From Dehalococcoidia bacterium (GTDB lineage Bacteria; Chloroflexota; Dehalococcoidia; Bin125): a stretch of DNA of 64,000 bases. The notes beneath the pieces are model-generated. The model searched no databases, was not told the DNA's origin, and saw nothing but the letters and a program-made list of their open reading frames with translations. The stretch is taken from the NCBI GenBank assembly GCA_965242485.1, contig CBDESM010000003.1, positions 639,337-703,336 on the forward strand. Direction: 5' to 3'. The position numbers were made by a program, and so were the translations under genes. Numbering within the stretch: the stretch's first letter is position 1; every line of letters begins with the position of its first letter. Below are positions 1 to 9,031 of this stretch, one piece after another.

Positions 1-2
1 CG

Positions 3-494
3 TTCGCCAAGCGGCGGATGCACGCGGAGGGCATCGATTTGGGCGGCGAGGCGTCGACGCACTACTACTTGGGCTTGGCCAACCCTCCGCACGTGACCGA
101 CGACGCGGTGCGCACGGCCTGCCTGCTCGCGCACCGAGCCGCGCTCCGCCATCTGCCCAGCGAGATCGCGGATATTCCGCGCTACCAAACGTCGCCCGAA
201 GTCAAAGTACCGTGCGAAGAGGGCCGCAAATCCCAAATAATGCAGGCTCTCAGCCGCGAGCTCGCGCGCAACCGCGACGTCAACACCATCGACGGCATCC
301 GCGCCCAACTCTCCGAAATCGAACCCGGCGCCTGGCTCTTGGTCCGTCCCTCCAACACGACCCCGAACCTGACCGTCACCTTCGAAGCCCGCACGATCGA
401 CGGCTTCAAGCAGGTCCGCGTGCTGGCGCACGACCTCATCAGGGCTCAAGGCTTGGGGGCAGCGGGCATCCGCGCTGCCGAGCCGCTCGCGTAA
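3..494 (+). CDS. phosphomannomutase/phosphoglucomutase family protein, C-terminal part (truncated by window edge)
   Basis: GGEASTHYY sugar-binding loop and WLLVRPSNTTP domain-4 motif; frame open to the left edge. Confidence 0.85.
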   Translation, partial: FAKRRMHAEGIDLGGEASTHYYLGLANPPHVTDDAVRTACLLAHRAALRHLPSEIADIPRYQTSPEVKVPCEEGRKSQIMQALSRELARNRDVNTIDGIRAQLSEIEPGAWLLVRPSNTTPNLTVTFEARTIDGFKQVRVLAHDLIRAQGLGAAGIRAAEPLA

Positions 495-507
495 TGCCCG
501 TTCGGGC

Positions 508-888
508 TCATCTGCCGAGCATGTCGCGCGCGACCGCCCGGACGTCGGACGGCGTTTCAGGATCCCGCAGAGCTCCCTCCTGAAAGCGGCGCAGCAGCGC
601 CGGCGAACACGGCGCATGCTGCCGGAGGGTTCCTTGCCGCTTTGCATCAACGAGCGGCCGGGCAGGCGTCAGCAGCGCGCGGCGATACGGCACGCAAGAC
701 GGTCGATTCACCCATGGATGATCATCGGGCTGGACGATGACGCACTTGCCCCTGCCGCAACGAGGGGAACGCCCGTGCGTGGTGAGGCTGACGAGCGCGA
801 AGAAGCCGTCGCGGGTTTCCCGGCTGATGAAGATGTGCAGGTGATTACCGAAATCGAAGCCGAGCAGCGTTTCGCCGGGTTCGATCAT
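508..888 (-). CDS. putative toxin of Panacea TA pair (PemK/MazF-like, copy 1)
   Basis: 126 aa; ATGA overlap with upstream Panacea gene; GNHL..TT..C..DDHPWV..SC.PY pattern; close paralog at 1546-1932. Confidence 0.6.
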   Translation of the reverse strand: MIEPGETLLGFDFGNHLHIFISRETRDGFFALVSLTTHGRSPRCGRGKCVIVQPDDHPWVNRPSCVPYRRALLTPARPLVDAKRQGTLRQHAPCSPALLRRFQEGALRDPETPSDVRAVARDMLGR

Positions 889-1469
889 CCTTCGCGCCGC
901 CGGGCGAACCGGTCAAGATGATCGAGCAGCGAGGCATGCGCTGCGGCCTCCTCCACCGCCCCCTCGATCTCCCGCTCCGACAGGCCGGCCGCGCGCATGA
1001 TGCGCACCGGATCAATCTCCTCCGCGCCGCCATCCGGCTCGCACCATTCGGGCAGCGAGCGCATGTAGTCGCAGATCTCCGCCTCATCCTTGGCGATGAA
1101 TTGATCGTGCAATTCATCAAGCAGATTGCAGTCGTACTCCGAAAGGCCATCGCAGTCGGCCCGGCCCGCCCAGCACACGGCGCGATCCACGGGGACGGAG
1201 ACGTAGTCGCGCCATACCGAGTCGGGCAAGGGCGCCGGGGCGTTGATCAGTGCCGACATTCGAACCGGCGCCGGTCCGCCGCTCGAAGCCATCCAGCGGT
1301 CGCCGGTGGTCGGGCATCCCGTCTCGATCAAGCCGCGGCGGTCCAGCAGGTAGAGCAGCGCGGCCAACTTGCCCTCCGGCATCGGTGCGCCGTGGCGGGC
1401 CAGCAAGCGCCCCGCGGCTTGCGCCGCTTTCCGCTCGTCGAAATTCAGGGCGAACGCCGCGCGCTTCAT
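885..1469 (-). CDS. Panacea domain (DUF4065/SocA-like) antitoxin, copy 1
   Basis: FDERKAAQAA..KL..LLYL.DR..G.P.TGD…GP.P…LPEW motif set. Confidence 0.8.
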   Translation of the reverse strand: MKRAAFALNFDERKAAQAAGRLLARHGAPMPEGKLAALLYLLDRRGLIETGCPTTGDRWMASSGGPAPVRMSALINAPAPLPDSVWRDYVSVPVDRAVCWAGRADCDGLSEYDCNLLDELHDQFIAKDEAEICDYMRSLPEWCEPDGGAEEIDPVRIMRAAGLSEREIEGAVEEAAAHASLLDHLDRFARRREG

Positions 1470-1545
1470 GCGCTGATCGTAGCGCCGTCCACCCGCTCCC
1501 CCAGCTCGAACTCCTGCGCCAGCAATCGCCAGCCGTCAGTGCGGC

Positions 1546-1932
1546 TCAGCGCGATTCGCCCAGCGTGTCGCGCACCGCCGCGCGCACCGGGTTCTGAATG
1601 CGGCGGAACTCGAGCGCGCCGTGTTGGATGCGCAGGAGCAGCTCGGGCGATGCGGGTTCCTGCGATTCGAGGGTTCCGCGCTGCTTGGCATCAGCCAGCG
1701 GTTTCGCGGGCGTCATGTCCGCACGCCGATAAGGGATGCATGAGTCGTGCCGCACCCAAGGGTGATCGTCGCGCGACACGATCACGCAGTCGCCGCGCCG
1801 GCAACGCGGCTCGCGGCCATGCGTGGTGAGGTTCGCGACGGCGATCAGGCCGTCGGTTTGTTCCCGGCTGATGACGATGAACAAGTGGTTGCCGAAGTCG
1901 AACCCCGTGAACGTCTCACCGGGTTCGATCAT
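1546..1932 (-). CDS. putative toxin of Panacea TA pair (PemK/MazF-like, copy 2)
   Basis: 128 aa paralog of 508-888 with the same MIEPGET start and ATGA overlap. Confidence 0.6.
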   Translation of the reverse strand: MIEPGETFTGFDFGNHLFIVISREQTDGLIAVANLTTHGREPRCRRGDCVIVSRDDHPWVRHDSCIPYRRADMTPAKPLADAKQRGTLESQEPASPELLLRIQHGALEFRRIQNPVRAAVRDTLGESR

Positions 1933-2513
1933 TCTCCGTACTTCGCCGCCTGCTCGCGCAGCTGCCGCCTGAACGCCAGCTCCGCGTCGAGCTGTTCCGC
2001 GACGGCGGCGATCGCGTCATCGGAGTGCCCCGCGATCTTCATGATCGCGGCCGGGTCGATCTCCGCCGGGCTTTCCGACGGACCGCACCGCTCCCATTCA
2101 GGAAGCTCCCGCGTGTATTCGGCCAGCTCCCGCTCGCTCATCCGGCCGAACTCCGCCGCCACTTCGTCCAGCAGATCGCAGTCGTAGTCGGACAGCCCGT
2201 CGCGGCACTCCTCGCCCGTGCTCCGAGCCGAATAGCCAACGGATGAAGTCACGTACTTCGACCATTCCGAGTCCGAAGATCCGCGGCGCATCAAATGCAG
2301 CGTGCCCTTGAGCGCCGGGCCCGTCGGCATCGAGACGAACCGGTCGCCCGTGATCGAATACCCGTCATCCGACAAGGATCGACGCTCGGCGAGGTACATC
2401 AGGCTGATCAGCTTGAGGCAGGGCAGCTCGCCGCCGGATGCGCGGAGCAGGCGCGACGCTGCCTGCGCCGCGCGACGCTCGTCGAACTCGAACCGGACAC
2501 GCACGGCTGTCAT
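1929..2513 (-). CDS. Panacea domain (DUF4065/SocA-like) antitoxin, copy 2
   Basis: LKLISLMYLAER..G.SITGDRFVSMPTGP…LPEW; paralog of 885-1469. Confidence 0.85.
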   Translation of the reverse strand: MTAVRVRFEFDERRAAQAASRLLRASGGELPCLKLISLMYLAERRSLSDDGYSITGDRFVSMPTGPALKGTLHLMRRGSSDSEWSKYVTSSVGYSARSTGEECRDGLSDYDCDLLDEVAAEFGRMSERELAEYTRELPEWERCGPSESPAEIDPAAIMKIAGHSDDAIAAVAEQLDAELAFRRQLREQAAKYGE

Positions 2514-2541
2514 GCAATCACGATACCGCTGCGCCGTCGGC

Positions 2542-3558
2542 TCAGACGGCGAGGGCGAACTCTTCCGCCAGCAGTTCGTAGGAGCGGATTCTCGCGGCGA
2601 AGTCGTGGGTGATCGTGAGTACGATGAATTCGTCTACGCCGTATTCGTCGGACATGGCTTCCAGGCGTTCGCGGACGCGTTTGGGGGAGCCGTGGATGCT
2701 GCGCTGCTGCATGTAGGCGATGTAGTCCAGCTCGGGCTGGGAATAATCGAAGTTGAGCGCTTCTTCGACGCTGGGGATGCCGCCGCGGGCGCCGCGGTTG
2801 CCTTGGATGCGCCAGCACCAGCGGCTCCAGCACAGGCGCTCCGCCTCCTCGTCGGTCGGGGCGACCGTGACCGATACGCCCAGGCTGGCCTGCGGCTCCG
2901 GCGCGGCCGGCGACGGCTGGAAGCGGTCGAGGTACTTGCGCACCACGCCCTCGCCGCCGTCGGGGCTGATGAAGTGCGCGAAGCAGAAGCGCCAGCCCAG
3001 CTCGGCCGCGACGTGGCCGCCGTAGTGCGAGGAGCCCAGCATCCACAAGTCGGGCATCGGCGCGTCGGGCGGCGATGCCCGCACCGCGCGGAACTCGTGA
3101 TCCGGCGGCAGGTCGTCCGCCAGCCAGCCGTACAGGTCCAGCACCTGCTCCGGGAAGCGGTCCACGCCGAGCGCGCCGGGGCCGTGCACGAGCGCCCGCG
3201 CCGTGCGCCCGTCGCTGCCCGGCGCGCGCCCGATGCCGAGGTCGATCCGGCCCGGGAACTGCGTCGTGATCGTGCGGAAGCTCTCGGCCACCTTCAGGCT
3301 CGAGTAGTGCGGCAGCATGATCCCGCCCGAGCCGACCCGCATCCGCCGCGTCCGCGCCGCCACCTGCGGGATCAGGATCTCCGGCGCGGCGCAGGCCAGC
3401 GAGCCCGCGTTGTGGTGCTCCGCCAGCCAGTAGCGCGTGAAGCCCAGCGCGTCGCAGCGCTCCGCCAGCTCGAACGACTCCGCGATCGCCTGCGCCGCCG
3501 TCCCGCCCGAACGGATCGGGATCTGGTCCAGCACGCCCAGCCGCAGCTCCTTCGCCAT
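2542..3558 (-). CDS. luciferase-like (LLM class) flavin-dependent oxidoreductase, YhbW-like
   Basis: RYWLAEHH, VGSGGIMLPHY, GRIDLGIGRAPG motifs. Confidence 0.9.
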   Translation of the reverse strand: MAKELRLGVLDQIPIRSGGTAAQAIAESFELAERCDALGFTRYWLAEHHNAGSLACAAPEILIPQVAARTRRMRVGSGGIMLPHYSSLKVAESFRTITTQFPGRIDLGIGRAPGSDGRTARALVHGPGALGVDRFPEQVLDLYGWLADDLPPDHEFRAVRASPPDAPMPDLWMLGSSHYGGHVAAELGWRFCFAHFISPDGGEGVVRKYLDRFQPSPAAPEPQASLGVSVTVAPTDEEAERLCWSRWCWRIQGNRGARGGIPSVEEALNFDYSQPELDYIAYMQQRSIHGSPKRVRERLEAMSDEYGVDEFIVLTITHDFAARIRSYELLAEEFALAV

Positions 3559-3653
3559 GCCGCACCGCCTCCGTTGGGCTCCGTCGGGATCGTACCGCTA
3601 TCCACCGCGTACCCTGTTGCGCAACCGCCGCGCCGCCGGAACGGACGATTGAC

Positions 3654-4952
3654 ATGGCCCTCGCTCCCGAATCCCCCGCACCGAACGGCGATTTCGCCGC
3701 GGCCGCCCGCGCCGCGCGCGAGGCGTGGCAGGACCGCCCGGCCGACGGCCTCGTCTCCGAAGCCGTCCGCTTCCTCACCGCCGGCACCGCCACCGACTGG
3801 GGACTCTCCGGCAAGCAGCCCACGACCGACAAGCCGCCGATCTCGCTCGGCGGCGGCATCCCCGACGCCGATACGCAGCCGCGCCAAGAACTGCTCGCCG
3901 CGGCCGGCCGCGTGCTCGACGAACCGGGCGACGCCGCGCTCGTCTACGGCGGCCCGCAGGGCTACGAGCCGCTGCGCGAGGAAGTCGGCAAATTCTTCGC
4001 CTCGCGCCACCCCTCGCGGCCCGGCGCGGACTGGTTCCTGATGACCAACGGCGCGGCCGGCGCGATTGAATCCGTCTGCGCGGCCGTGCTCGACCCGGGC
4101 GACGTCGTGCTCTCGGAAGCGCCGACCTTCGCCGGCTCGCTGCGCACGATCCGCGGGCGCCAGGCGCATGTCGTCGGCGTCGGGATGGACGAGGAGGGCA
4201 TCCGCCTCGACGAGCTGGAGTCGGCCCTGGCCGCCGCGCGCGATGAGGGGCGCGAGGTCAAGATGATCTACACGCAGCCCACCTTCCACAACCCGACCGG
4301 ACTGACGATGACCATCCAGCGCCGGCTCGACCTGCTCCAATTCGCCGCCGAAAACGGGCTCTTCATCCTCGAAGACCACGCCTACTCCGAGCTCTACTTC
4401 GACCAGCCGCCGCCGCCCACGCTGAGCGACCTCGCCGACGGCTGGGGCGTCTTCGGGATCGGCACCTTCTCCAAAGTCATCGCCACCGGACTCCGCGTCG
4501 GCTTCGTCCAGGCCCGCCCCGAATGGATCAACGCGCTCCTCCCCGCCCGCTTCGACATGGGCAACTCCCCGCTGCTCCACCGCATGCTGCACGAATACAT
4601 GGTCCGCGGCGGCTTCCCCGAACACGTCGAAAGAATGCGCGCCCTCTACGCCCGCAAGATGCAGACGCTCCAAGACGCACTGGCCCAGTTCGGCGAGCCC
4701 TACTTCGACGTCTCCCCGCCCACCGGCGGCTTCTTCCTCTGGCTCCGCCTGCACGAAGGCATCCAAGCCGACCAAGTCCGCGACCACGCTGCCGAAGACG
4801 GCCTCTTCTTCCCCTCTGGCCACCGCTTCTACCCCGGCGACGGCGAAGGCTCTCCCCAAACCCTAAGGCTCGCCTACTCTTGGCCAAGACAAGAAGTCCT
4901 AAAAGAGGCAGCCGAACGGCTGGGGAGCGCCTTCGATCGCACAGCGGGCTAG
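3654..4952 (+). CDS. PLP-dependent aminotransferase (class I/II, 2-aminoadipate transaminase/MocR-type)
   Basis: PTFHNPTG, EDHAY, GTFSKVIATGLRVG, PTGGFFLW motifs. Confidence 0.9.
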   Translation: MALAPESPAPNGDFAAAARAAREAWQDRPADGLVSEAVRFLTAGTATDWGLSGKQPTTDKPPISLGGGIPDADTQPRQELLAAAGRVLDEPGDAALVYGGPQGYEPLREEVGKFFASRHPSRPGADWFLMTNGAAGAIESVCAAVLDPGDVVLSEAPTFAGSLRTIRGRQAHVVGVGMDEEGIRLDELESALAAARDEGREVKMIYTQPTFHNPTGLTMTIQRRLDLLQFAAENGLFILEDHAYSELYFDQPPPPTLSDLADGWGVFGIGTFSKVIATGLRVGFVQARPEWINALLPARFDMGNSPLLHRMLHEYMVRGGFPEHVERMRALYARKMQTLQDALAQFGEPYFDVSPPTGGFFLWLRLHEGIQADQVRDHAAEDGLFFPSGHRFYPGDGEGSPQTLRLAYSWPRQEVLKEAAERLGSAFDRTAG

Positions 4953-4958
4953 GCGCGG

Positions 4959-4987
4959 TTGACCGAACTGCCGACGCGCCCTAGCAT
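4959..4987 (+). promoter_or_regulatory. sigma70-like promoter of the RCC1/Ig gene
   Basis: TTGACC-17 nt-TAGCAT, then a GGAGG RBS before ATG 5027. Confidence 0.55.
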
Positions 4988-5026
4988 TCGCACGCCCGTT
5001 CCGATCTAGCGCGACGGAGGATTGAG

Positions 5027-8000
5027 ATGCCCGCTCTGCACTTCCCCTCTTGGCTTTCGACACGCGGTATCGCCGTACTGGCGATCTGTGCCAGCGTCGC
5101 CCTTGCGCTACTCACCATTACTAGCTCAAGCGATGCACAAGTTCACGACTCAGATCGCGATCAGGTAGCCGTAGGTGGCAGCCATGTCTGTGCCATCAAC
5201 CTAAACGAAAAACCCCTCTGTTGGGGCGTAAACGATGCCGGTCAGGCAAGTCCTCCTGAAGGCACACGAAGTTCATATACCTCTGCAGATGCGGGGTCAA
5301 ATTGGACTTGCCTACGAACCGATGGCTACTTTTCATGTTTTGGTGGACGTTCGGATAAGAACATTTGGTACACGAGATATGCATGGTCTACACGCACCGG
5401 ATCAAATCACACCTGTCCGCGGTCAAGCCAGCGAAGATCTGAGGCCTACATCGTCCAGTGCGAGGGACACAATACTTATGGGCAAGCCGCTTGGGGCGAT
5501 GCGGCCTGGGGTGAAATTGACGACGGTCTGGGTTACTGGCGAGTAGGGGCGGATCATAATTGCCTGCTGGACGATTCGGGTGAAGTGTCCTGTTGGGGGC
5601 GCAACCACCTCGGGCAGACCGATGTACCAGATGCTCGCTTCCGCGAGATCGCTGCGGGCAGAAACCATAACTGTGGTGTAACCACAGATCGGGAAGTGCT
5701 GTGCTGGGGTGATAATTTCTTCGGGCAGACTGATGGGCCGCAGGGAAGCAACTACGTCAACGTCTGGAGCAAGTCGTCGGCTGATTTTAGCTGCGCCTCC
5801 ACGACGGAGCGGCGGCTCGTCTGCTGGGGTGACAACTCGGAGGGACAGCTGGATGTGCCGCCATCGTTGGTCGTGCCGCCTGGTACTGCCTTCCCGGATG
5901 GGCGGCCTCCGGCTGCGTCTGGGACTGGCAACCGCGTGGTGCCGGCGGGCGATGTCTCGAGCACGGCTGGGTCTTACACCGTCGGCGTGCCGGTGCCTGC
6001 TTCCGATCTTGTCGTCCCGACTCTTGCCGGGCGCGTGGTGGCGCGGATCATCGATTGGCCGGCGGCGGGCGAGCGCACTTGTTCCTATCGCATCGAGTTC
6101 GGCTTCCTGCCGGAAACCGCCTTCGCGAAAGGGACGGCAGCCGCCGCCATCGAGGCCAACGCGCATCTGCTGCCCGAGCTCCGCTATCTCGGCTGCAACA
6201 TCATTCTGCCGCGCGTCCGCACCGGCGACTCAGCTTGGCTGCGCAGCAGTCCCGTCATCTTCGAGCTCGACCCGTCTACCGATATCGACGACGGTTTCCT
6301 CGGCGGCGGCGAGGAATCGACGTTGGAAGGTCGGGTAATTGCACGTTGGAACAGCACATCCAATCGCGTCGAGTTCGGCTTCCTGCCGGCTTGGGCGCTC
6401 GATCGCTTCGGCACCGATGCGGCGGCGACACGATACGAACGGCTGCTGCCGCGCCAGCGCTACCTGACCCTGCGGCAGATCGACGCCCTCGAGCGCGACC
6501 GCTGGCTGCGCAGCAACCCGGCCGTCAACATCCCGATCTCCTACGCGCCGCCGTCGACGGAGGTCGACATCGCCATCTCGCAGGCGCAGGTTTCCGTCGT
6601 GCAGGGCGAGCCGTTCGCCGATGCCACGATCGCGACCGTGACCGGCACGCTGGCCAATGATCTCAACGCCTTCACCGTGACCGGCCTGCCGGCCGGCCTC
6701 TCGGTGCGGCTGCGCGACGCGGGCGAGAACACCCGCTTGGCCGTGCTCAGCGGCACGGTTCCGCGCGGTTCGGCCGCCGCGACTGCCCTGCTCACGCTCC
6801 GCGCCCTCGGCGTTGAAGGCGAAAGCGCAACGGGCACGGTCAGGCTGCAGATCTCGTCCGGCCCGCCGCAGCCGCAGCGCATTCACTGGAACGGTTATTC
6901 GCCGGCGAGCCAGGTCGTAGGCGGCCGCGTCCGCATCAGCCTGCCCGTGATCGAGCCGGGCCCGCGCTCGCCGCAGCTCCGCTACTCGGCCGAGCCAAGC
7001 AACGTCTGCACCGTCAACCCGGCCACCGGCGCGGTCACGCTGCTCTCCCGACCGGGCACCTGCACGATCACGGTGACCAGCGCGGCAGCCGAAAGCTTCG
7101 CCGCCGCGTCCGAGACCGCCACGGTCGTCGTAACTTCGCTGCCGCAGCAGACGCTGGTCTGGGACGGCTACGACCCGCCCGTCCAGCGGGTCGGCGGCTC
7201 GGTGCGGTTGATCCGCCCGATGGTGTCCCCCGGCCCGGATTCCCCGACGTTCCGTTACAGGTCCGATACGCCGGAGCACTGCCGGGTCACGGCGAGCTCG
7301 GGCGCGCTCACGCTGCTCTCGCATGTCGGTCCCTGCGTCGTCACCGTGACCAGCGCGGCCACCGCCGCCTACGCCGAAACGAGCGCCACGGCCGTGGTCC
7401 AGATCACCGACCTGCCCGCGCCGCGGATTACATGGGACGGCTACTCGCCGCTCGCGATCAAATTCGGCGATGCCGCGCCGAGATTGCGCCAGCCGAGCGC
7501 GACCAGCGAGGGCCGCAGCATCCGGCTCGTCTACCGCTATTCGGTGGGATCGGGTTCGGCCGCCGTCTGCGCCGTTAGCCCGTCCAGCGGCACGCTGACG
7601 ATCCGCGGAGTCGGCAACTGCACCATCACCGCGACCAGCGAACGCACGTCCGCCGTCGCGTCCAGTTCCGCGACGGCCTCAATCGTGGTCGAACGGGCCA
7701 ACCGCGACGCCGGCTGGAGTTGGAGCGGCTACGGGCGGGACGAGGGGCGCGTCGGCGAGACGCTGCAAGCCCGACCGCCCGCCAACGTGCCCAGCGGCGT
7801 CACCGTCGCCTACGCGAGCGAGGACGCGTCGATCTGCACGGTTGACGCCGGCACTGGCGCGGCCGCGCTGAAGACGGCCGGAATTTGCCGCGTGTCCGCG
7901 AGCTCCGCGGCGACCAACGCCTACGCCGCGAAATCCGTCTCCGTATCAATCGAGAGCCGCGCCAAGGATCAACCCGACTTGGCCTGGTTCGGCTACTCGC

Positions 8001-8248
8001 CCGAATCCGCCATCGTCAACGGCGAAGCGCCGCAGCTCGCCGAGCGCCCGTCCGAAGCCCGCGTCGGAGCGCTCAGCTTCAGCGCGGAGCCGCCGGAAGC
8101 ATGCACGGTGAATGCCGCCACAGGAGCGCTCGCGATTGTCGGCGCAGGTTCGTGCATAGTCACGATCACATCCGCCGCAACGGTTGATCTGGCAGCGGCG
8201 AACCGGGCCGTAACTCTGACATTCACCGAAGAGGCGAACGGGGAGTAA
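5027..8248 (+). CDS. secreted multidomain protein: RCC1-like repeats, duplicated unknown domain, Ig-like repeats
   Basis: signal peptide ending SSSDA-Q; repeated G..H.C…CWG.N..GQ units; five W.GY…C.V..TGA.T….G.C.IT repeats. Confidence 0.8.
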   Translation: MPALHFPSWLSTRGIAVLAICASVALALLTITSSSDAQVHDSDRDQVAVGGSHVCAINLNEKPLCWGVNDAGQASPPEGTRSSYTSADAGSNWTCLRTDGYFSCFGGRSDKNIWYTRYAWSTRTGSNHTCPRSSQRRSEAYIVQCEGHNTYGQAAWGDAAWGEIDDGLGYWRVGADHNCLLDDSGEVSCWGRNHLGQTDVPDARFREIAAGRNHNCGVTTDREVLCWGDNFFGQTDGPQGSNYVNVWSKSSADFSCASTTERRLVCWGDNSEGQLDVPPSLVVPPGTAFPDGRPPAASGTGNRVVPAGDVSSTAGSYTVGVPVPASDLVVPTLAGRVVARIIDWPAAGERTCSYRIEFGFLPETAFAKGTAAAAIEANAHLLPELRYLGCNIILPRVRTGDSAWLRSSPVIFELDPSTDIDDGFLGGGEESTLEGRVIARWNSTSNRVEFGFLPAWALDRFGTDAAATRYERLLPRQRYLTLRQIDALERDRWLRSNPAVNIPISYAPPSTEVDIAISQAQVSVVQGEPFADATIATVTGTLANDLNAFTVTGLPAGLSVRLRDAGENTRLAVLSGTVPRGSAAATALLTLRALGVEGESATGTVRLQISSGPPQPQRIHWNGYSPASQVVGGRVRISLPVIEPGPRSPQLRYSAEPSNVCTVNPATGAVTLLSRPGTCTITVTSAAAESFAAASETATVVVTSLPQQTLVWDGYDPPVQRVGGSVRLIRPMVSPGPDSPTFRYRSDTPEHCRVTASSGALTLLSHVGPCVVTVTSAATAAYAETSATAVVQITDLPAPRITWDGYSPLAIKFGDAAPRLRQPSATSEGRSIRLVYRYSVGSGSAAVCAVSPSSGTLTIRGVGNCTITATSERTSAVASSSATASIVVERANRDAGWSWSGYGRDEGRVGETLQARPPANVPSGVTVAYASEDASICTVDAGTGAAALKTAGICRVSASSAATNAYAAKSVSVSIESRAKDQPDLAWFGYSPESAIVNGEAPQLAERPSEARVGALSFSAEPPEACTVNAATGALAIVGAGSCIVTITSAATVDLAAANRAVTLTFTEEANGE

Positions 8249-8284
8249 CGGTACGCGACGAGATCTTCGCTACCGTTCGCGAGT

Positions 8285-9013
8285 ATGCCCGTCCGTAACC
8301 GGCGAACCTCCAGAGAACCCGAAAGCGGCTCCGTCCTGATAGACGGGCAAGAAGTTCCGTATGCGGTTCGGCGGTCGGCGCGGAGGAAGAAGACGTTGGA
8401 GTTGACTGTGCGGGATGGGGTGGTGGCTGTGGCGGCGCCTCGGCGGGTTTCGGGGCGGGATGTTCGGGAGTTCGTGTTGAGCAAGGCGGATTGGATTGCG
8501 GAGCGGCTGGCTCGGCCTGCGCCGCCTCGGTTGCGGGATCAGCTGCGGGAGGGCGGGGTGCTGCCTTGGTTGGGGGTTTCGCGCGCTGTCGTGATTGACC
8601 CGGCTGCTTCGGAGCCCGTGCTACTGACTTTGCTGGATATCCGCTTCAGGGCGGGCGACGGGGAAGAAATGGCGGCGGACTTCGAGCAGTGGGGACGGGC
8701 GCGGGCTGCGGAGCACATGCGCGAGCGGGTGGCGCATTGGGCGCCGGTGCTGGGGGTGCGGCCGGGGAAGATCACGATCCGGTCGCAGAAGCGTCGCTGG
8801 GGGTCGGCTTCGCGGTCGGGCAACTTGCAGTTCAACTGGCGGCTGATGCTGGTGCCGCAGCGGTTGATCGACTACGTCGTGGTGCACGAGCTGTCGCATC
8901 TGCGGCACCCGAACCACGGGGCGGATTTCTGGGCCTACCTCGACAGCCAGATGCCGGGCGCGAAGCGACTGCAACGCGAGCTGCACCAGCGCGGCCTCGA
9001 ACTGGAGTGGTGA
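8285..9013 (+). CDS. YgjP/DUF45 family zinc metallopeptidase-like protein
   Basis: RWGS, FNWRL, IDYVVVHELSHL.HPNH..FW motifs. Confidence 0.9.
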   Translation: MPVRNRRTSREPESGSVLIDGQEVPYAVRRSARRKKTLELTVRDGVVAVAAPRRVSGRDVREFVLSKADWIAERLARPAPPRLRDQLREGGVLPWLGVSRAVVIDPAASEPVLLTLLDIRFRAGDGEEMAADFEQWGRARAAEHMRERVAHWAPVLGVRPGKITIRSQKRRWGSASRSGNLQFNWRLMLVPQRLIDYVVVHELSHLRHPNHGADFWAYLDSQMPGAKRLQRELHQRGLELEW

Positions 9014-9031
9014 GCGCCGGCGGGGTGCTGG

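Noticed and set aside
5027-8248. Diversity-generating retroelement target
   Set aside because: No reverse transcriptase and no template/variable repeat pair with adenine-specific mismatches found.
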